Assembly: GCA_951406725.2 (NCBI GenBank)
Contig: OX597838.1
Span: 43,028,001 to 43,092,000 of the forward strand
Direction: 5' to 3'
Length of the DNA: 64,000 nucleotides
Source of the DNA: Octopus vulgaris
Lineage: Eukaryota
Numbering within the stretch: the first letter of the stretch is position 1; each line of letters starts with the position of its first letter. This document shows, one piece after another, positions 1-16,013 of the stretch. The position numbers and the translations under genes are program-made. The notes under the pieces are model-generated. The model searched no databases. It worked only from the letters and a program-made list of their open reading frames with translations, and was not told the DNA's origin.

Positions 1-1920
1 TTTGATACCAAAGTTTGGCACCTTCTGCTCTATCATTTTCCAAATGTATATAATTCGGTATCGCTCAAATCTTCTTTCTATTGAGTACATCCTCAAGGTT
101 TTGAGTCTTTGCCAATAGTCCAGGTCCCTCGTTTCTGAGAAGTATGAGGTAAAATTTCTTTGGAGCGATTCTATCTTAGATAGTTGGCCCTTTGTTGTTG
201 GTGACCACAACTGAGAACAGTAGTCAATCCTCGGAAGTATCATACTGTTCCAGAGGGTTTTCATTGTTGAGGTATCTCTTGATTTGAAGGTGCGCAAGAT
301 CCACCCGCTGTACTTTCTTGCAGTAAGACAGACTGAGTCAAGGTGTTCTCTGAATTTTAGGTTGGTTCCCATGTGGATGCCTAAATCTTTCACATACTGT
401 TTTTCCATTATTTGTTGTCCTGATGGGTTTCTGTAGTTTGTTGTATTTTTCAGATCTTGATCTGTTCTGTAGCGAATTAGTTCAAACTTCTTATCATTGA
501 ACAACATGTTGTTTGTTTCCTGCCATTTATATATGGTGGTCAGGTCCTTTTGTAAGGCCTCTGTATCCACCTCGTCTTTGATTTGTCTCATGACCCTGGT
601 GTCATCAGCAAAGGATGAGACGTTGCTGGTTGTATCTTCATCTATGTCAGAGATGAGGATGAGAAACAGGATTGGGCCGAGTACTGTACCCTGAGGAACA
701 CTGCTGGTCACAGGTGATGGTGTTGAATGGGTTCCATTCACAGTGACTGTTTGAGTTCTATTTGTAAGGAACTCGTGTATCCATGTACCAACTTTTCCTC
801 CTACTCCTAGCTTTCGAAGTTTGTGACCCAGGATGCCATGATCTACCTTGTCAAATGCCTTGGCAAAGTCGAGGTAGATAACATCTGTGTTGTATCCATT
901 CTCTAGATTTTCTAGGATTTGGTCATGGTGTGCCAGTAGTTGGGAAAGGCATGATCTACCTAACCTGAATCCATGCTGGTTGCAATTCATCAGATTGTTG
1001 GATTCCAGGAACTCAACCAGTTTTCCACGAACTATTCTTTCGAAGACCTTGATAATGTGTGATGTCAGTGAGATTGGTCGGTAGTTCTTTGGTTTTGATT
1101 TGCTATCCCCTTTATGTATTGGAGTTATGTGTGCTTCTTTATATGTATTTGGTATTTTGCCATTCTCCATAGATTCCCTCCATATCATGTAAAGGGGTTT
1201 CGACAATTGTGCCTTGCAGTTTTTAAGTATCATGGCATTGAAACCGTCAGGCCCCGCAGCCGAGTGCATGGAGAGCTTGTCTATTGCTCTTGCTATGTCT
1301 TCTGGGTTGAAATCAATGTCGGATAGGGTAGGTTTAGTATGGTCGATATCCTTGAAGAATTTTCCTGGGTCATGGATCTTCATGGTTTTAGATGGCTCAC
1401 TGAAGACACTTTCATACTGTTGACCCAACATTTCTGCCATTTCAATAGGGTTATTCACTACATCCCCATTTTGTCTCTGGAGAGGTCCTATTTTTGACTT
1501 GGTGTTCGAGTATTTCTTTGCAAAACTGTAGAAACATTTTGGATTTTTCTTGATGTTTTCTATGGCTTTCTTTTCTGCATTGTTACGTTCTTCATCATAG
1601 TGTTGTTTTAGATTGTCTTCTAATCTGTATATTTGGTCAAGGACTTTCTGTAATTCATGTTTTGATGTCAGCTTAGATGTTTTGTTTCTTAGTCTTGACC
1701 TTTTGCGCATCAGGATCTTTCGCTCCCGTGGTACAGGTTTTTTTGTGGACTTGGTTTTCTTTAGAGGAACATTTTTTTCACATATTTCTTCGATCTTGTT
1801 TAAGAATTTCTTGTGTTTATCTGGCCCAGTAAGGTAGAGATCCCAGTCAATGATTTGTAACTGGTTGTTAATAGTTTCCCAATTTGCCTGGTGATAATCA
1901 TACCTGCATAGCTTTGGCAT
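1..1920 (-). mobile_element. 5'-truncated non-LTR retrotransposon (CR1/L2-like) ORF2, reverse transcriptase; open frame runs off the left edge
   Basis: Manual minus-strand translation from ATG 1920 (MPKLCRYDYHQANW...) gives RT motifs NYRPISLTSH, QHGFRLGRSCLSQLL, YLDFAKAFDKVDH, SVPQGTVLGPILF, SFADDT, and is still in frame at base 1 (...ERYRIIYIWKMIEQKVPNFGIK). The track lists no minus ORF here, consistent with no stop codon. No endonuclease domain is present. Confidence 0.92.
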
Positions 1921-1959
1921 GTCCTTTTATTATTTCCTAATAATATTTAACCATCAAAA

Positions 1960-2061
1960 TATAATAGGGTCTTTTTTATACATCGAATGGCTACAGGGGT
2001 CCCGTGGAGCAGAAAAGGAACCAAAGGAGTCCGGAGAGAGAAAAATGGTTGAGAACCACTG
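1960..2061. mobile_element. End of a hAT-like MITE
   Basis: Terminus GGTTGAGAACCACTG (reverse complement CAGTGGTTCTCAACC, hAT/Charlie-type TIR). Similar degenerate end near 29455-29470. Confidence 0.45.
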
Positions 2062-2609
2062 CTTCACGTATTTCTTTCTTCAATGTACTGAATGCTAAAT
2101 GTGTTCCTTTCTGCTGGCCAATTAGGCAAAGTTATTAAATGATAATTAATAACAAACTGGGGCAAATAAACAAACAAAAGTAAAGAGGAAAAAATGGCAA
2201 TCTGAAGAGAAAATGGTTCGCATAGCAAACCATTGGGAAAGCAGTCGTATAAAAGACTAACGAGGAGATGCATGGGTTAGTGGTTGGGGATGTTGTGGTT
2301 TTCATGCCTGGATGAGGTGGTCTCTTATGTTCTCAAAGAAAACCTTTCACTGCATATTGCTTCAGTCCATTCAGATGTAAATGAGGTCTGAGCTGGGAAG
2401 TTAACCCTGTGACAGACCAGCGTCCAGTTCACGGGATGGAGAGGGTTGTAATAGGCCACATATATATGTATATGCGTGCATGTATGTATAAATATATATA
2501 TACACACACACCCACACCCACAAACATGTCTATACCCCCTCCCCCACACACACCAATCCACATCGTCATCATTTAACATCTGTTTTCCATGCTGGCATGA
2601 GTTGAACAG

Positions 2610-2873
2610 TGTAATAATAAAAATAATAAATGCGCCCTTTTAAAATCTAGCCAGGCTCATGGGCCCGGTTTCTCGGTTTCAATGGTGTATGTGTTCCCTA
2701 GCTGAAGGGGACGCCAGTCCATCGCAGCTCATTTTTGCCAGCTGAGTCGACTGAAGCAATGTGAAATGAAGTGTTTTGCTCAAGAACACAATGCGTCACC
2801 CGGTCCAGGAATCGAAACCACAATCTTACGATCATGATGCTGACACCCTAACCACTAAGCCATGCGCCTCCAC
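2610..2873 (-). mobile_element. tRNA-derived SINE (family B, V-domain-like body)
   Basis: Head GTGGAGGCGCATGGCTTAGTGGTTAGGG...GGTTTCGATTCC (A/B boxes), body GTTCTTGAGCAAAACAC...GCGATGGACTGGCGTCCC. Related pieces at 4370-4490, 29650-29760, 45765-46070, 47590-47780. Confidence 0.75.
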
Positions 2874-4734
2874 GTATCAAATCAAAAGACAGCAGAAAGT
2901 TCTGTTGTCTACTTTGGTGCGGTTTCTATAGATGATGGATGCCCTTCCTCACAGCAACCACTTTACAGAGCATGCTGGGCAGGGAAGGGGTTGCTTTTTG
3001 TGTGGCACCAGCAGCAGCAGTAAGGTCATCGAGTAGCTTGCAACACAAAACCCTTCAACCGTGGTGGACTGGGGAGGTATTGGGAGACAGGAAGGTGTCC
3101 TGTATTCAGGAAATATGGCTTTTTCAGATGGAGAAGAGGAAGATGGAGAAGATGTGACCGAGAGGGAGGACAGGGACTGTTCACCCACACAGAAGTGGAC
3201 CAGGGACTGAAGAGGGTGGGTAGGTGGGTGAGTTCACAAGATTTTGAAAGAATGGGAGCTGGCAGTGTGGGTGAAGGGATTTGACAGGGGTTTATTGTGT
3301 GCAGGTAGGTAGGTTGACACAACTGTGAGAAGGGAGTGGAGGTCATGGATGGTTTGTAGGAGAGAGAGGGAGTTATGAGCATGTCTTTCCAGGTTGTCTT
3401 GGTCCTTTGTCCTCTCCTTTGTGAGGCTCAACATCTAAACATCATTTTAACACCACTAATATCTTGTATGAGTGTGTATGTGTATAGTTTGAGGGAGAAT
3501 TGGGTGTTATTTCTAGCATATCGAACAACCACACTGAGGCATCTTTCCCTCATGGTTATTGTTCAGTATGCGTAAATGGATGGGTGAGTTTTGAAACGTG
3601 TGGATGCTTTGTATTTGGCAGGTGTAAATATTCAGAAAATTAGGAACAGAGAAGGGTTAGGGGTAGGGTAGATTTTTTTTTTAAATAAAAATTCATAAAT
3701 ATAATTTATTTACAGAATTGTAATCTCTGATGTTTAAATGTAGACATTCCTCACCAAAGAATTTTAAATTTCACGAAAATTTAAAAACAAAAAATTTGGG
3801 AGAGGAAAACCAAAATTAATATTTTGAAAAACGGTTTTTATTTCTTTTTTGGCAAAATCATAATCTCTATTGCTAAAAACAAGAATCTGCAGAAAATTTC
3901 ATTTTAAAATAGAAAAAAAAAAAGAAAGACTAGGGGTGTGTGCCACACATCTGCCAATGCTTCTGACCTGTGCTGGAAATGGTAGAAAACGAGTGTAATT
4001 GGAATAAGAAAAGAGTAGAAAGATGTTCTAAGAATTGTCACTTGTGCTGCTAACTTTCCAATGTCTCCCCCTCCTCCTCCTCTAATTCTTTTGCATCATT
4101 TTAACATCAACTCTCCAAGCTTACATCTATAACTGGTGGTGGTGGCGGTAGTGATAGTAGTAGTAGTAGGAAGGGCATGCACATCGCTGCATCTGTCATT
4201 TGTTGGTGACTCCTTACACCTGGCAGATGACACCTTTGAACCACTCAGCTGACAACTCATGGGTCTGCTGCTGGTGAGGGTTTTACAAGGTTGGAGTGCA
4301 AATCCTACCTTGACTTCTTTTAAAGGAAACGTTGGGTCCATTGTTTGAGATGCTGGTCCTCACACAGCACTAGAGCAACACAAAAATGAAGTGTTTTGCT
4401 CAAGAACACAACATGCTGCCTAGCCCAGAAAGTGAACCCACAATCTAGCGATTATGAGTGCAACGCCCTAACCACTAAGCCAGGTGTCTTCACATGCTTC
4501 CATGGGTCAGATGGAATTTGTTGAGGCAGCTTTTCTATAGTTGGATGCTCCTCCTGTTTTTTAATCGAGGTAATATTTCCCCATGGCCAGACATGTTTTC
4601 ATGGAAGACTGGATATGAAAGAGGCCACTGGTATTCAGTGTAACACTCATTCACAGCTGATGTCAACACAAACTGATACAAATACAGACATACCTACACA
4701 TACATCTATGCTTAAATATATATATATATATTCC

Positions 4735-4936
4735 TTTATTCTTGTGTTTCAGTCATTTGACTGTGGCCATGTTGGAGCACTACCTTTAGGCAAACACCTC
4801 GACCCCAGGACTTATTCCTTGTAAACCTAGTATTTGTTCTATCGTTCTCTTTGGCTGAACCACTAAGTTACGGTATGTAAACACACCAACATCGGTTGTC
4901 AAGTGATAGTGGGGACAAACACAGACACACAAACAT

Positions 4937-4995
<59 letters not shown>

Positions 4996-5168
4996 CACAC
5001 ACACACACGGTGGGCTTCTTTCAGTTTCCGTCTACCAAATCCACTCACAAGGCTTTGGTCAGCTTGATGCTATAGTAGAAGACACTTGCCCAAGGTGGCA
5101 CGTAGTGGGACTGAAGCTGGAACTATGTGGTTGGGAAGCTAACTTCTTACCATACAGCCACGCCTGTG

Positions 5169-5170
<2 letters not shown>
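4735..5170 (-). mobile_element. tRNA/CORE-like SINE (family A) with internal (TA)/(CA) microsatellite
   Basis: Reverse strand reads GGCACAGGCGTGGCTGTATGGTAAG...GCTTCAGTCCCAC...ACCTTGGGCAAGTG; ends AATGACTGAAACACAAG. More than 10 copies in the window. Confidence 0.88.
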
Positions 5171-6265
<1,095 letters not shown>

Positions 6266-7612
6266 TAGCTGAAAGGCATAGTTTGACTTGGGCAGGATTT
6301 GAACTTTTGGACAGGAGATTGGTGAACGTAAATAAAATAGCACAGTGTGTGTGTTTTTTTGTCTGACACTCCACCCGATTTAAATGGTTCCAGAACATTC
6401 GGGTGGAAAACAGTTGTTATGTAAGATCAAAGTTAAACGTTTACGTAACCAGTATTGTTCACAAGCTGTTATGTAACTGATGTCGCTGGCTTTCAACAAT
6501 AAACCACTCAAATGGCAGCAGCAGCTCCTATTGTTCTACACAGCCAGGACTTTATTTATAAGCTGTAGTTATATATATATATATATATACACTCAGGGTT
6601 ACGTATGTTAGAGTTATCTGACAATAGAAACTATATTATCAAATAGTTCACACACACGTCATGTCTTCATTGAAGTTGATTACCTTCATATGTAGTACTC
6701 AATACAAAAAAGCAAGTGTACACTAGTTTCATATCTTTTTTTTTATCCAAATGGTTTGCACTACAATCATTTATTACGTAACATGCTTCACAATTTTGGT
6801 ATACATACCTTAGTATTTCCTCCTATGTTCTATAATACTCTGGGAACCTTTTGGGGACTACTTTATTTGAATTATTACTATCAGGTAACTAATTTCATGT
6901 TATTACATAACTGACTTCACAATTTCGGTATTCATAACTTATTGGGAATTCCTAGAAACAAGATCCTTTGTAAGACAGTTTGGTTTTCTCTGTAAATGCA
7001 CAACTGTTTTAAGGGCTACATATTTTGTATTGTTGTTACTGGATTAGCAAAACAATTATGAGAACGGAACCAAGTGATAAGCCCCGCTTTCCTGGGAATT
7101 ACTGGGTACATCAGCTAGTATATATATATACATATATACATATGTAACCACATGTGAATCGTTGTCGATTTTCTTCCTCTGTCTTCCTTTCTATTGGACT
7201 TTCCTCTGTTTCTGAAGATTCCGAAGAAGAGCGTTTGCTTGAAATATTAAACCATCTTTCTTTCCTTCCCTAAACGTCTGCTAATACTTTACATGTACCA
7301 CATCCTCATGCTGTTTGTTCTTTTTTGGATTTACTATGTGTATGTGAACACTGTTCCTCACCCCCCACCACCAATACCAGTATACCCTGTCCTCACCATC
7401 TACACCGGATACGCCTTACTCATCTACACCGGGTACGCCCTACTCCCTCCTCCTCCCCCCACTACCCCTTCTCCTCATATGCTTTCACTGTGAAAAGACA
7501 AGCTGCTAGCGCCATAGCTCATCAACTGCCCACCGATCTTACGCTTCCTCCTGACACTGCCTCATTCCGACTATCCCCTTTAGCACCCTCCCGCCTCGTA
7601 ATATCCTACGTT

Positions 7613-7956
7613 TTTATTTCTTAGGAACCTACACCAACCCTTCCTGCCATCGTTCCTCCTTACCCCAACCTTCCCCACAGGTTGCTCCCCTATATTACCC
7701 ACCTCAACTGGACCCCCCTCCCCAACTCAACTCTAGAATATCTGTATTCTTTCCTCTACCTCAGTGACGATAACGAATGTCTTTATTTCTTAGGAACCTA
7801 CACCAACCCTTCCTGCCATCGTTCCTCCTTACCCCAACCTTCCCCACTGGTTGCTCTCCTATATTACCCGCCTCAACTGGACCTCCCCCTCCCCAACTCA
7901 ACTCTAGAATATCTGTATTTCTTTCCTCTACCTAATTACGTTACTCAGTGACGATA
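7613..7956. repeat. Tandem duplication, two units of ~169 bp
   Basis: TTTATTTCTTAGGAACCTACACCAACCCTTCCTGCC...CTCAGTGACGATAA occurs at 7613 and at 7782. Confidence 0.9.
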
Positions 7957-8089
7957 AATGCTGTGACTACAAAGACCCGGGCTGTTTTCTGCAGCAATTC
8001 CACATACCCCCTACTCATTCTAAGTACCCCGGATCCCCAAAGTACCCTGGATCCCCAAAGTACCCCGGACCTCGTTGCCCCCGTGCCGC

Positions 8090-8337
8090 TGACACGTTAA
8101 AATGCTCGAACCGATCGTGACGATGCCGGACCCTCCGGCCCCTGTGCAGGTGGCACGTAAAAAGCACCCAATCCACTCACGGAGTGGTTGGCGTTAGGAA
8201 GGGCATCCAGCCGTAGAAACTCTGCCAGATTCAGACTGGAGCCTGGTGCGGCCCTGGCTTCCCAGACCCGGTCAAACCGTCCAACCCGTGCTAGCGCGGA
8301 AAGCGGACGTTAAACGACGATGATGATGATGATGATA
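8090..8337 (+). mobile_element. RTE-type 3'UTR / short retroposon ending in (GAT)n
   Basis: GGAGTGGTTGGCGTTAGGAAGGGCATCCAG...CCGTCCAACCCGTGCTAGC...GGACGTTAAACGATGATGATG. The same end follows RTE-like coding remnants at 49945-50240. Confidence 0.8.
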
Positions 8338-8339
8338 CA

Positions 8340-9938
<1,599 letters not shown>

Positions 9939-10116
9939 GGTTTGGAGATGATGTACAGGTATTTTATATTAGAAGAAATGAGGTACTCAGAAATTCAGAT
10001 GGTTTTATATTTACAGATATTTATTTGTATATTACATGTTTTTATACATCATATAACTTAGATCATATATCATATATTAGCGCTTTCATCCATTCTGGTG
10101 GAGTTTTCAAATGGAA

Positions 10117-10190
<74 letters not shown>

Positions 10191-11744
10191 TATGGTTGTG
10201 TGGTTAAGATCTTTGCTTTGCATCCAGATAATTTCAAGTTAAGCTCCACTGTGTCTTCTAGAAGAAGCCCTGGGCTGATGAAAGCCTTCCAAGTGGATTT
10301 GGTCGATGGAAACTGAAAGAAGCCTGTTGTGCATATACATTATGTTTTTATGTGTATGAGTATGTGTATGATAGTTGTAAATGAGTGTCACTGTCATACA
10401 AGCAGTGTCATTCATTTTCAATATTCTGTGAGATCCATGCCTGGCCAGGGGAAACACTACCTTACTTGGAAACAGGAAGAGCATCCACCCCATGCAAGCA
10501 TGGGTAAGTGGATGTTAAATTGATGATGATGGTATGCACTGGGCTTCCTTCAGTTTCCATCTACCAAACCCATTCACAAGGCTTTGGTCAGCCAAGGATA
10601 ATGGTACAAGATACTTGCCCAAAGAGTCATACTGTGGGATTGAACCTAAAAACCATGAGGTTGAGAAGTGAACTTCTTAAGCACACAGCCCTGCCTGCAC
10701 CCTTATAAAGGGCTGACTGTATGAAGTGTGAAATGTATAGACAAACTACCATGTCTTGTATGGTAGCAAAGACCTTATTTACAGAAACTTCAGACACATC
10801 AGATGATGTTAGATGTGTAATGTCCACTTGGATGGCAGGCAGTAAGTGGTCAAGCATTAAAAGTGACAGTAAAACCAACAGCTCTGGTGTGAACATGAAG
10901 GCCAAATGGACATTTTTATTCCAGAATTGATATTAAATATCTACCAATAAATATTGAATTTGTATCTTCTGAAATTCCTATTGTTTCAATAAATTTGTGA
11001 AATCACAACAAAAGAGTTTCAAACTAAATCGCGTTTGCACACCTCCACACATCCCAAGAAACCACACACACACACACTCCCCCCTACACCCATCGATATA
11101 CACAGATGCCCTCTTGTATGTGTACACCCCACCCCATAGAACAGCTTCCCCATTTGACCCCTAACTTCTATTTTTCAACCATCATTTTTCATTTCTCAGA
11201 GATTGGTATATAAACCTGCTTTCTGCTGTTAGGGTTGATGAAATTTTAAGCAGCAATATCTGATTTCTGTATCATCATTTCCTATCATCTTTTAGGGGCC
11301 AATACTTTGGGGGTATTTGTTCCTGCTGCTCCTTGTATTCTGAATTCTTGGCTGGTAAACTTATTCCCCAAGCTGGTCCTGAGGCATCTTTAACAGAATC
11401 TTCCACTCTGTCAAAAGTATTTCAACCGGGTCCCTGGGGGTGGAGAGAACCTCCTCTTTTTTTATTTAACTGAATCATAACCAAAGCTTGTTTCACAACC
11501 ATCAAGTCTCAGGTTCATTTCCACTGTGCAGTACCTTCGGCAAATGTCGTCTGCTCCAGTCCCAGTTTACCAATTCTCCACCTTTGGCCTTCATGTTCAT
11601 ACGAGAGCTGTTGGTTCTACTGTTACTGTTAACGTTTGACCACTTTCTCCCTTCCATCCAAGTGGACATTTGGTAGATAGAAACTAAGACACCCCACAAG
11701 GCACCCATCAAATACATAAATACATACATACATATACATACACC

Positions 11745-12306
11745 TTTGTGGCCTATGCCAGGGGTGTAACCAGTCCACTTATGCGTGCCTCTTCTTCATT
11801 GGACACTAAACTCTGCTTGTGAAGATCAGTTGAGGCAAGTGAAATCGAAGTTGAAATCAAACTCGGTGACTGGCATCCGTTGCTAGTGGAGCACTAAGAG
11901 TACCATACGAGTGAGATCGTTGCCAGAGCAACAAGCTGGCCTTCGTGCCGATGGCACGTTTAAGCACACCATTCGAGCGTGATTGTTACCGTGTCACTTT
12001 ACTAGAACTTGTGCTGGTGGCACATGAAACATTCGAGCGAGGTCGTCGCCAGTGCCACTGGACTGGCTCCTGTGCAGGTGGCACATAAAAAGCACCATTT
12101 GGGCATGGCCGTTGCCAGTACCACCAAACTGGCCCTTGTGCTGGTGGCACATAAAAGCACCCACTACACTCTCAGAGTGGTTGGCGTTAGGAAGGGCATC
12201 CAGTTGTAGAAACTGCCAGATCAGATTGGAGTCTGGTTCGCCAGACCTCAGTCAAATCGTCCAACCTATGCCAGCATGGAAAGCGAACATTAAATGATGA
12301 TGATGA
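11745..12306 (+). mobile_element. RTE-type 3'UTR retroposon with internal GTGGCAC subrepeats and (GAT)n tail
   Basis: Same terminal sequence as 8090-8337. A homologous longer copy lies at 48843-49263. Confidence 0.8.
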
Positions 12307-12336
12307 TACACATACATACACGTACATACATATATA

Positions 12337-12367
<31 letters not shown>

Positions 12368-12838
12368 CCTGCATTGGTTTGGATGAAGACAACTGCATAA
12401 AGATGTGCCAAGCTCTAATTGTGGAGGGAACCCGTGTAAGTGGGAGACCCAGGAAGACATTGGACAAGGTGGTGAGAAAGGATTGTCAGATGCTGAGGAT
12501 ATGACAAGGGTCTGGGAATTGGGGACATTAAATGACGACGATGATGATGATGATGATATGTGTGTGTTTGTGTATTCAATACTCACACATACACACACAC
12601 ATATAGACATATCTACATATATATATATATATACACACACACACATAGGCGCGTGTGTGTGTGTGTGTGTGTGTGTGTCATTCCTCATTTCTTCCAACTG
12701 CTGACCTCATTGCCACCATTGTCTGTGCGTCACATATAATTAATTACTCATCAAGAGTCACAACAACAGCCGACAACCTGACTGAAGCAACACAAACCAT
12801 TAATGGAACGAGTCAGTTGGACTGCGTAACATGTTGTC

Positions 12839-12869
<31 letters not shown>

Positions 12870-13267
12870 CATTTTAACATGATAACCACACGTGCACGCA
12901 CAGACACACACACACACAAAGAGGACGGCTATTGTAGTCTGAGTTGATCAAACCTACAAAACAGAAGAACTGAACCCTTTATAAACCCTCTGCCATGTTT
13001 TAAAGAAGGAATTACATGTTTTTTGGACCCTAAAATTCTAGGCTTGCATATCTTATAATAAATATTAGTAAAACATACTTGAATCTACACACTTCAAACA
13101 CAAGGCATACAATCATAGCGTTTAACTCAATCTATATATATATATATATATCTATATATATATGTATGTATATGTGTGTACATATGTATATATGTGTGTG
13201 TGTGTGTATGTATATATATATATATATAATTTATGTGTATGTATATATATATATATATATACTCTTT

Positions 13268-13647
13268 TGTCTCTTTTACTTGTTTCAGTCATTTGACTGT
13301 GGCCATGCTGGAGCACCGCCTTTAATCGAGCAACTCGACCCTGGGACTTATTCTTTTGTAAGCCTAGTACTTATTCTATCGGTCTCTTTTGCCAAACCGC
13401 TAAGTAACGGGGTGATAAATACACCAGCATCGGTTGTCAAGCAATGCTAGGGGGACAAACACAAACACACACACGCATATATACATATATACGACAGGCT
13501 TCTTTCAGTTTCCGTCTACCAAATCCACTCACAAGGCATTGGTCGGCCCAGGGCTATAGCAGAAGACACTTGCCCAAGATGCCATGCAGTGGGACTGAAC
13601 CCGGAACCATGTGGTTGGTAGGCAAGCTACTTACCACACAGCCACTC
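13268..13647 (-). mobile_element. SINE family A, full length
   Basis: High similarity to 4735-5170, 28581-28952 and 42619-43010. Confidence 0.92.
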
Positions 13648-13687
13648 ATGTGTATGTACATATATATATATATATATATATAGTATT

Positions 13688-14072
13688 ACTCTTTTCTTTT
13701 ACTTGTTTCAGTCATTTGACTGCGGCCATGCTGGAGCACCGCCTTTAGTCGAGCAAATCAACCCCAGGACTTATTCTTTGTAAGCCTAGTACTTATTCTA
13801 TCGGTCTCTTTTGCCGAACTGCTAAGTTACAGGGACGTAAACACACCAGCATCGGTTGTCAAGTGATGTTGGGGGGATAAACACAACACACTAACATACA
13901 CATATATATATACATATATACGACGGGCTTCTTTCAGTTTCCGTCTACCAAATCCACTCACAAGGCTTTGGTCGGCCTGAGGCTATAGCAGAAAACACTT
14001 GCCCAAGGTGCCACGCAGTGGGACTGAACCCGGAACCATGTGGTTGGTAAGCAAGCTACTTACCACACAGCC
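13688..14072 (-). mobile_element. SINE family A, full length, tandem to the previous copy
   Basis: Same consensus; separated from the previous copy by a short (TA)n. Confidence 0.92.
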
Positions 14073-14530
14073 AATATATATTGCATGTTTGTTTCTCGTT
14101 TTCCATCTGTGATTTTATTTTTCATCTTCTTTATAAATGAAGACGTTTCCTTTGTTTTGCTGTTTTTCTTTCTACAAAATGAGAAGTTACATCGCAGAAC
14201 TGTTATTTTAATGAGTTGTGTCTATTTATCCCCCCCTCCCCCGATGAGATCCATCATCTGCACCACCAGATGCTTCTGAACCAGTGGTTGAGTGTCCCAC
14301 CCTTGAGGGATCGATGATAGATCTCTCAAAACAACTGTCATGATTAACAATAGATTCTTCATATATTCTCCCAGCTTTCATTTGCCATCAACCAAACGAC
14401 CACTGCAAAAGTGACCAGGCTTTTCCAGTAAGCTACCAGCTGTAAACCATTCATTTTATTATCTAACATATACATATATATATATTAACCACTACACGCA
14501 TTTTTTTCTCTCTTTGTTTTTTCTGTGTCC

Positions 14531-14566
14531 CTTTCTGTAGAAGAGCGTAGGCTCGAAACGTAAAAG
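14531..14566 (+). ncRNA. Degenerate minimal hammerhead-ribozyme-like motif in a pLTR-like repeat
   Basis: CTTT-CTGTAGA-A-GAGC-GTAG-GCTC-GAAA-CG-TA-AAAG: stems I and II pair; core deviates from CUGANGA. Relatives at ~7205-7250, ~32960-32990(-), ~36153-36185 and 55043-55069(-). Confidence 0.5.
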
Positions 14567-14666
14567 GCTTTTTCTATTCCTGAGCATTATACTAATTCAT
14601 CTGTTTGTTTTGTACACCACCTGTCTTCGTCTTTTGCTTTTTTCGTGAACTCTCCCTATATATATA

Positions 14667-14714
<48 letters not shown>

Positions 14715-15072
14715 AGTAAGTAAAAGAATAAAAGAATATATATATATGAGGCAAATCGTTGCTAAACCCTTAATTACTTAGTATTACTTAAACTTTCCTC
14801 GAACGAGGCTTTTACATGCCGAAATCTACTTGGTGAAATTAATGATTATTCCAAATTAATTAGTTTTACCCTATTTTATTACTGATATATATATATATAT
14901 ATTCTTTTATTCTTTTACTTGCTTCAGTCATTTGACTGTGGCCATGCTGGAGCATTGCCTTTAGTCGAACAAATTGACCCCAGGACTTATTCTTTGTAAG
15001 CCTAGTACTTATCCTTTCAGTCTCTTTTGCTGAACTGCTAAGTTACAGGGATGTAAACACAGACACACAAAT

Positions 15073-15127
<55 letters not shown>

Positions 15128-15159
15128 CGATACATACGATACAGCTAAGGGTCAGACCC

Positions 15160-15612
15160 GATTCTGATTGGTCAACAAGTTGATGACGTCTAGCTCTGCT
15201 AGAATGGACAGGATACAAACAGGGGACAGTTATTAGTCAGAATATTGATGACGTCCTTTTCTGCTTGACTAGTCACCTAACAAGTACAGACAGGGGGCAG
15301 ATCTAATGTAGCTATAAGTCGTGATTGGGCAGAATCTGGATGACGTCCCGTTCTGCTTGACTAACGAAGCGACTGGTCAAAACAGGAAACAAACAAGAGG
15401 CAGTTATAATGCAGCAATTGGTCAAAATGATGATGACGTCCCGTTCTGCTTGACTAAAGCCACCTAACGAAACGATTGGTCAAAACGTTGATGACGTCAC
15501 GCTACGCTGGATTGACCACCTAACAGGCATTATAAAACCGAGCACTTCACAAAACTCACTAGAACCACCCAGCGAACATCCACCATGGGTCATCACAATT
15601 GCTTAAGGTAAA
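15160..15612 (+). promoter_or_regulatory. Pol II promoter-like cassette: 5x (ATTGG-N12-TGACGTC) + TATAAAA + Kozak ATG + possible splice donor
   Basis: Five modules with identical 12-nt spacing (first ATTGG 15167/TGACGTC 15184; last ATTGG 15475/TGACGTCA 15492; one has ATTAG). TATAAAA 15531, CCACCATGG 15580-15588, AG|GTAAAA 15608. Confidence 0.6.
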
Positions 15613-15978
15613 AATGAATTCCTCGCTCTTTCGGAAACATCAATCTTCTGTATTGACCGCTTTCCACCACTTTGATCTGTTTTTTGTATTGAATACGTAT
15701 CGCCACCGTGGGCCACTGCATCGAACACTTTGAACATATACTTCAAACTATATATCAACTATACATGAACTATATATCAACTATACATGAACTCTAAGAT
15801 GTCTGACTCCGTTGTGTATTATAAATGAATTTCTTGTGTTTGACGGCATGAGCTGTCTTTTTTTATATATAACTTTTTTTGATAAGGTTCATTTCAGGAA
15901 CTGAAACATGTTATAATGTATATATAAAAATTAAAAATTGTATAATACAGCAGCATTTTCGAACTTCATTTTTTACAA

Positions 15979-16013
<35 letters not shown>

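Noticed and set aside
10627-10905. Possible signal-peptide exon or missing SLC45A3 terminal exon
   Set aside because: No SLC45 C-terminal motif, no recognisable homology, and it runs into a SINE.
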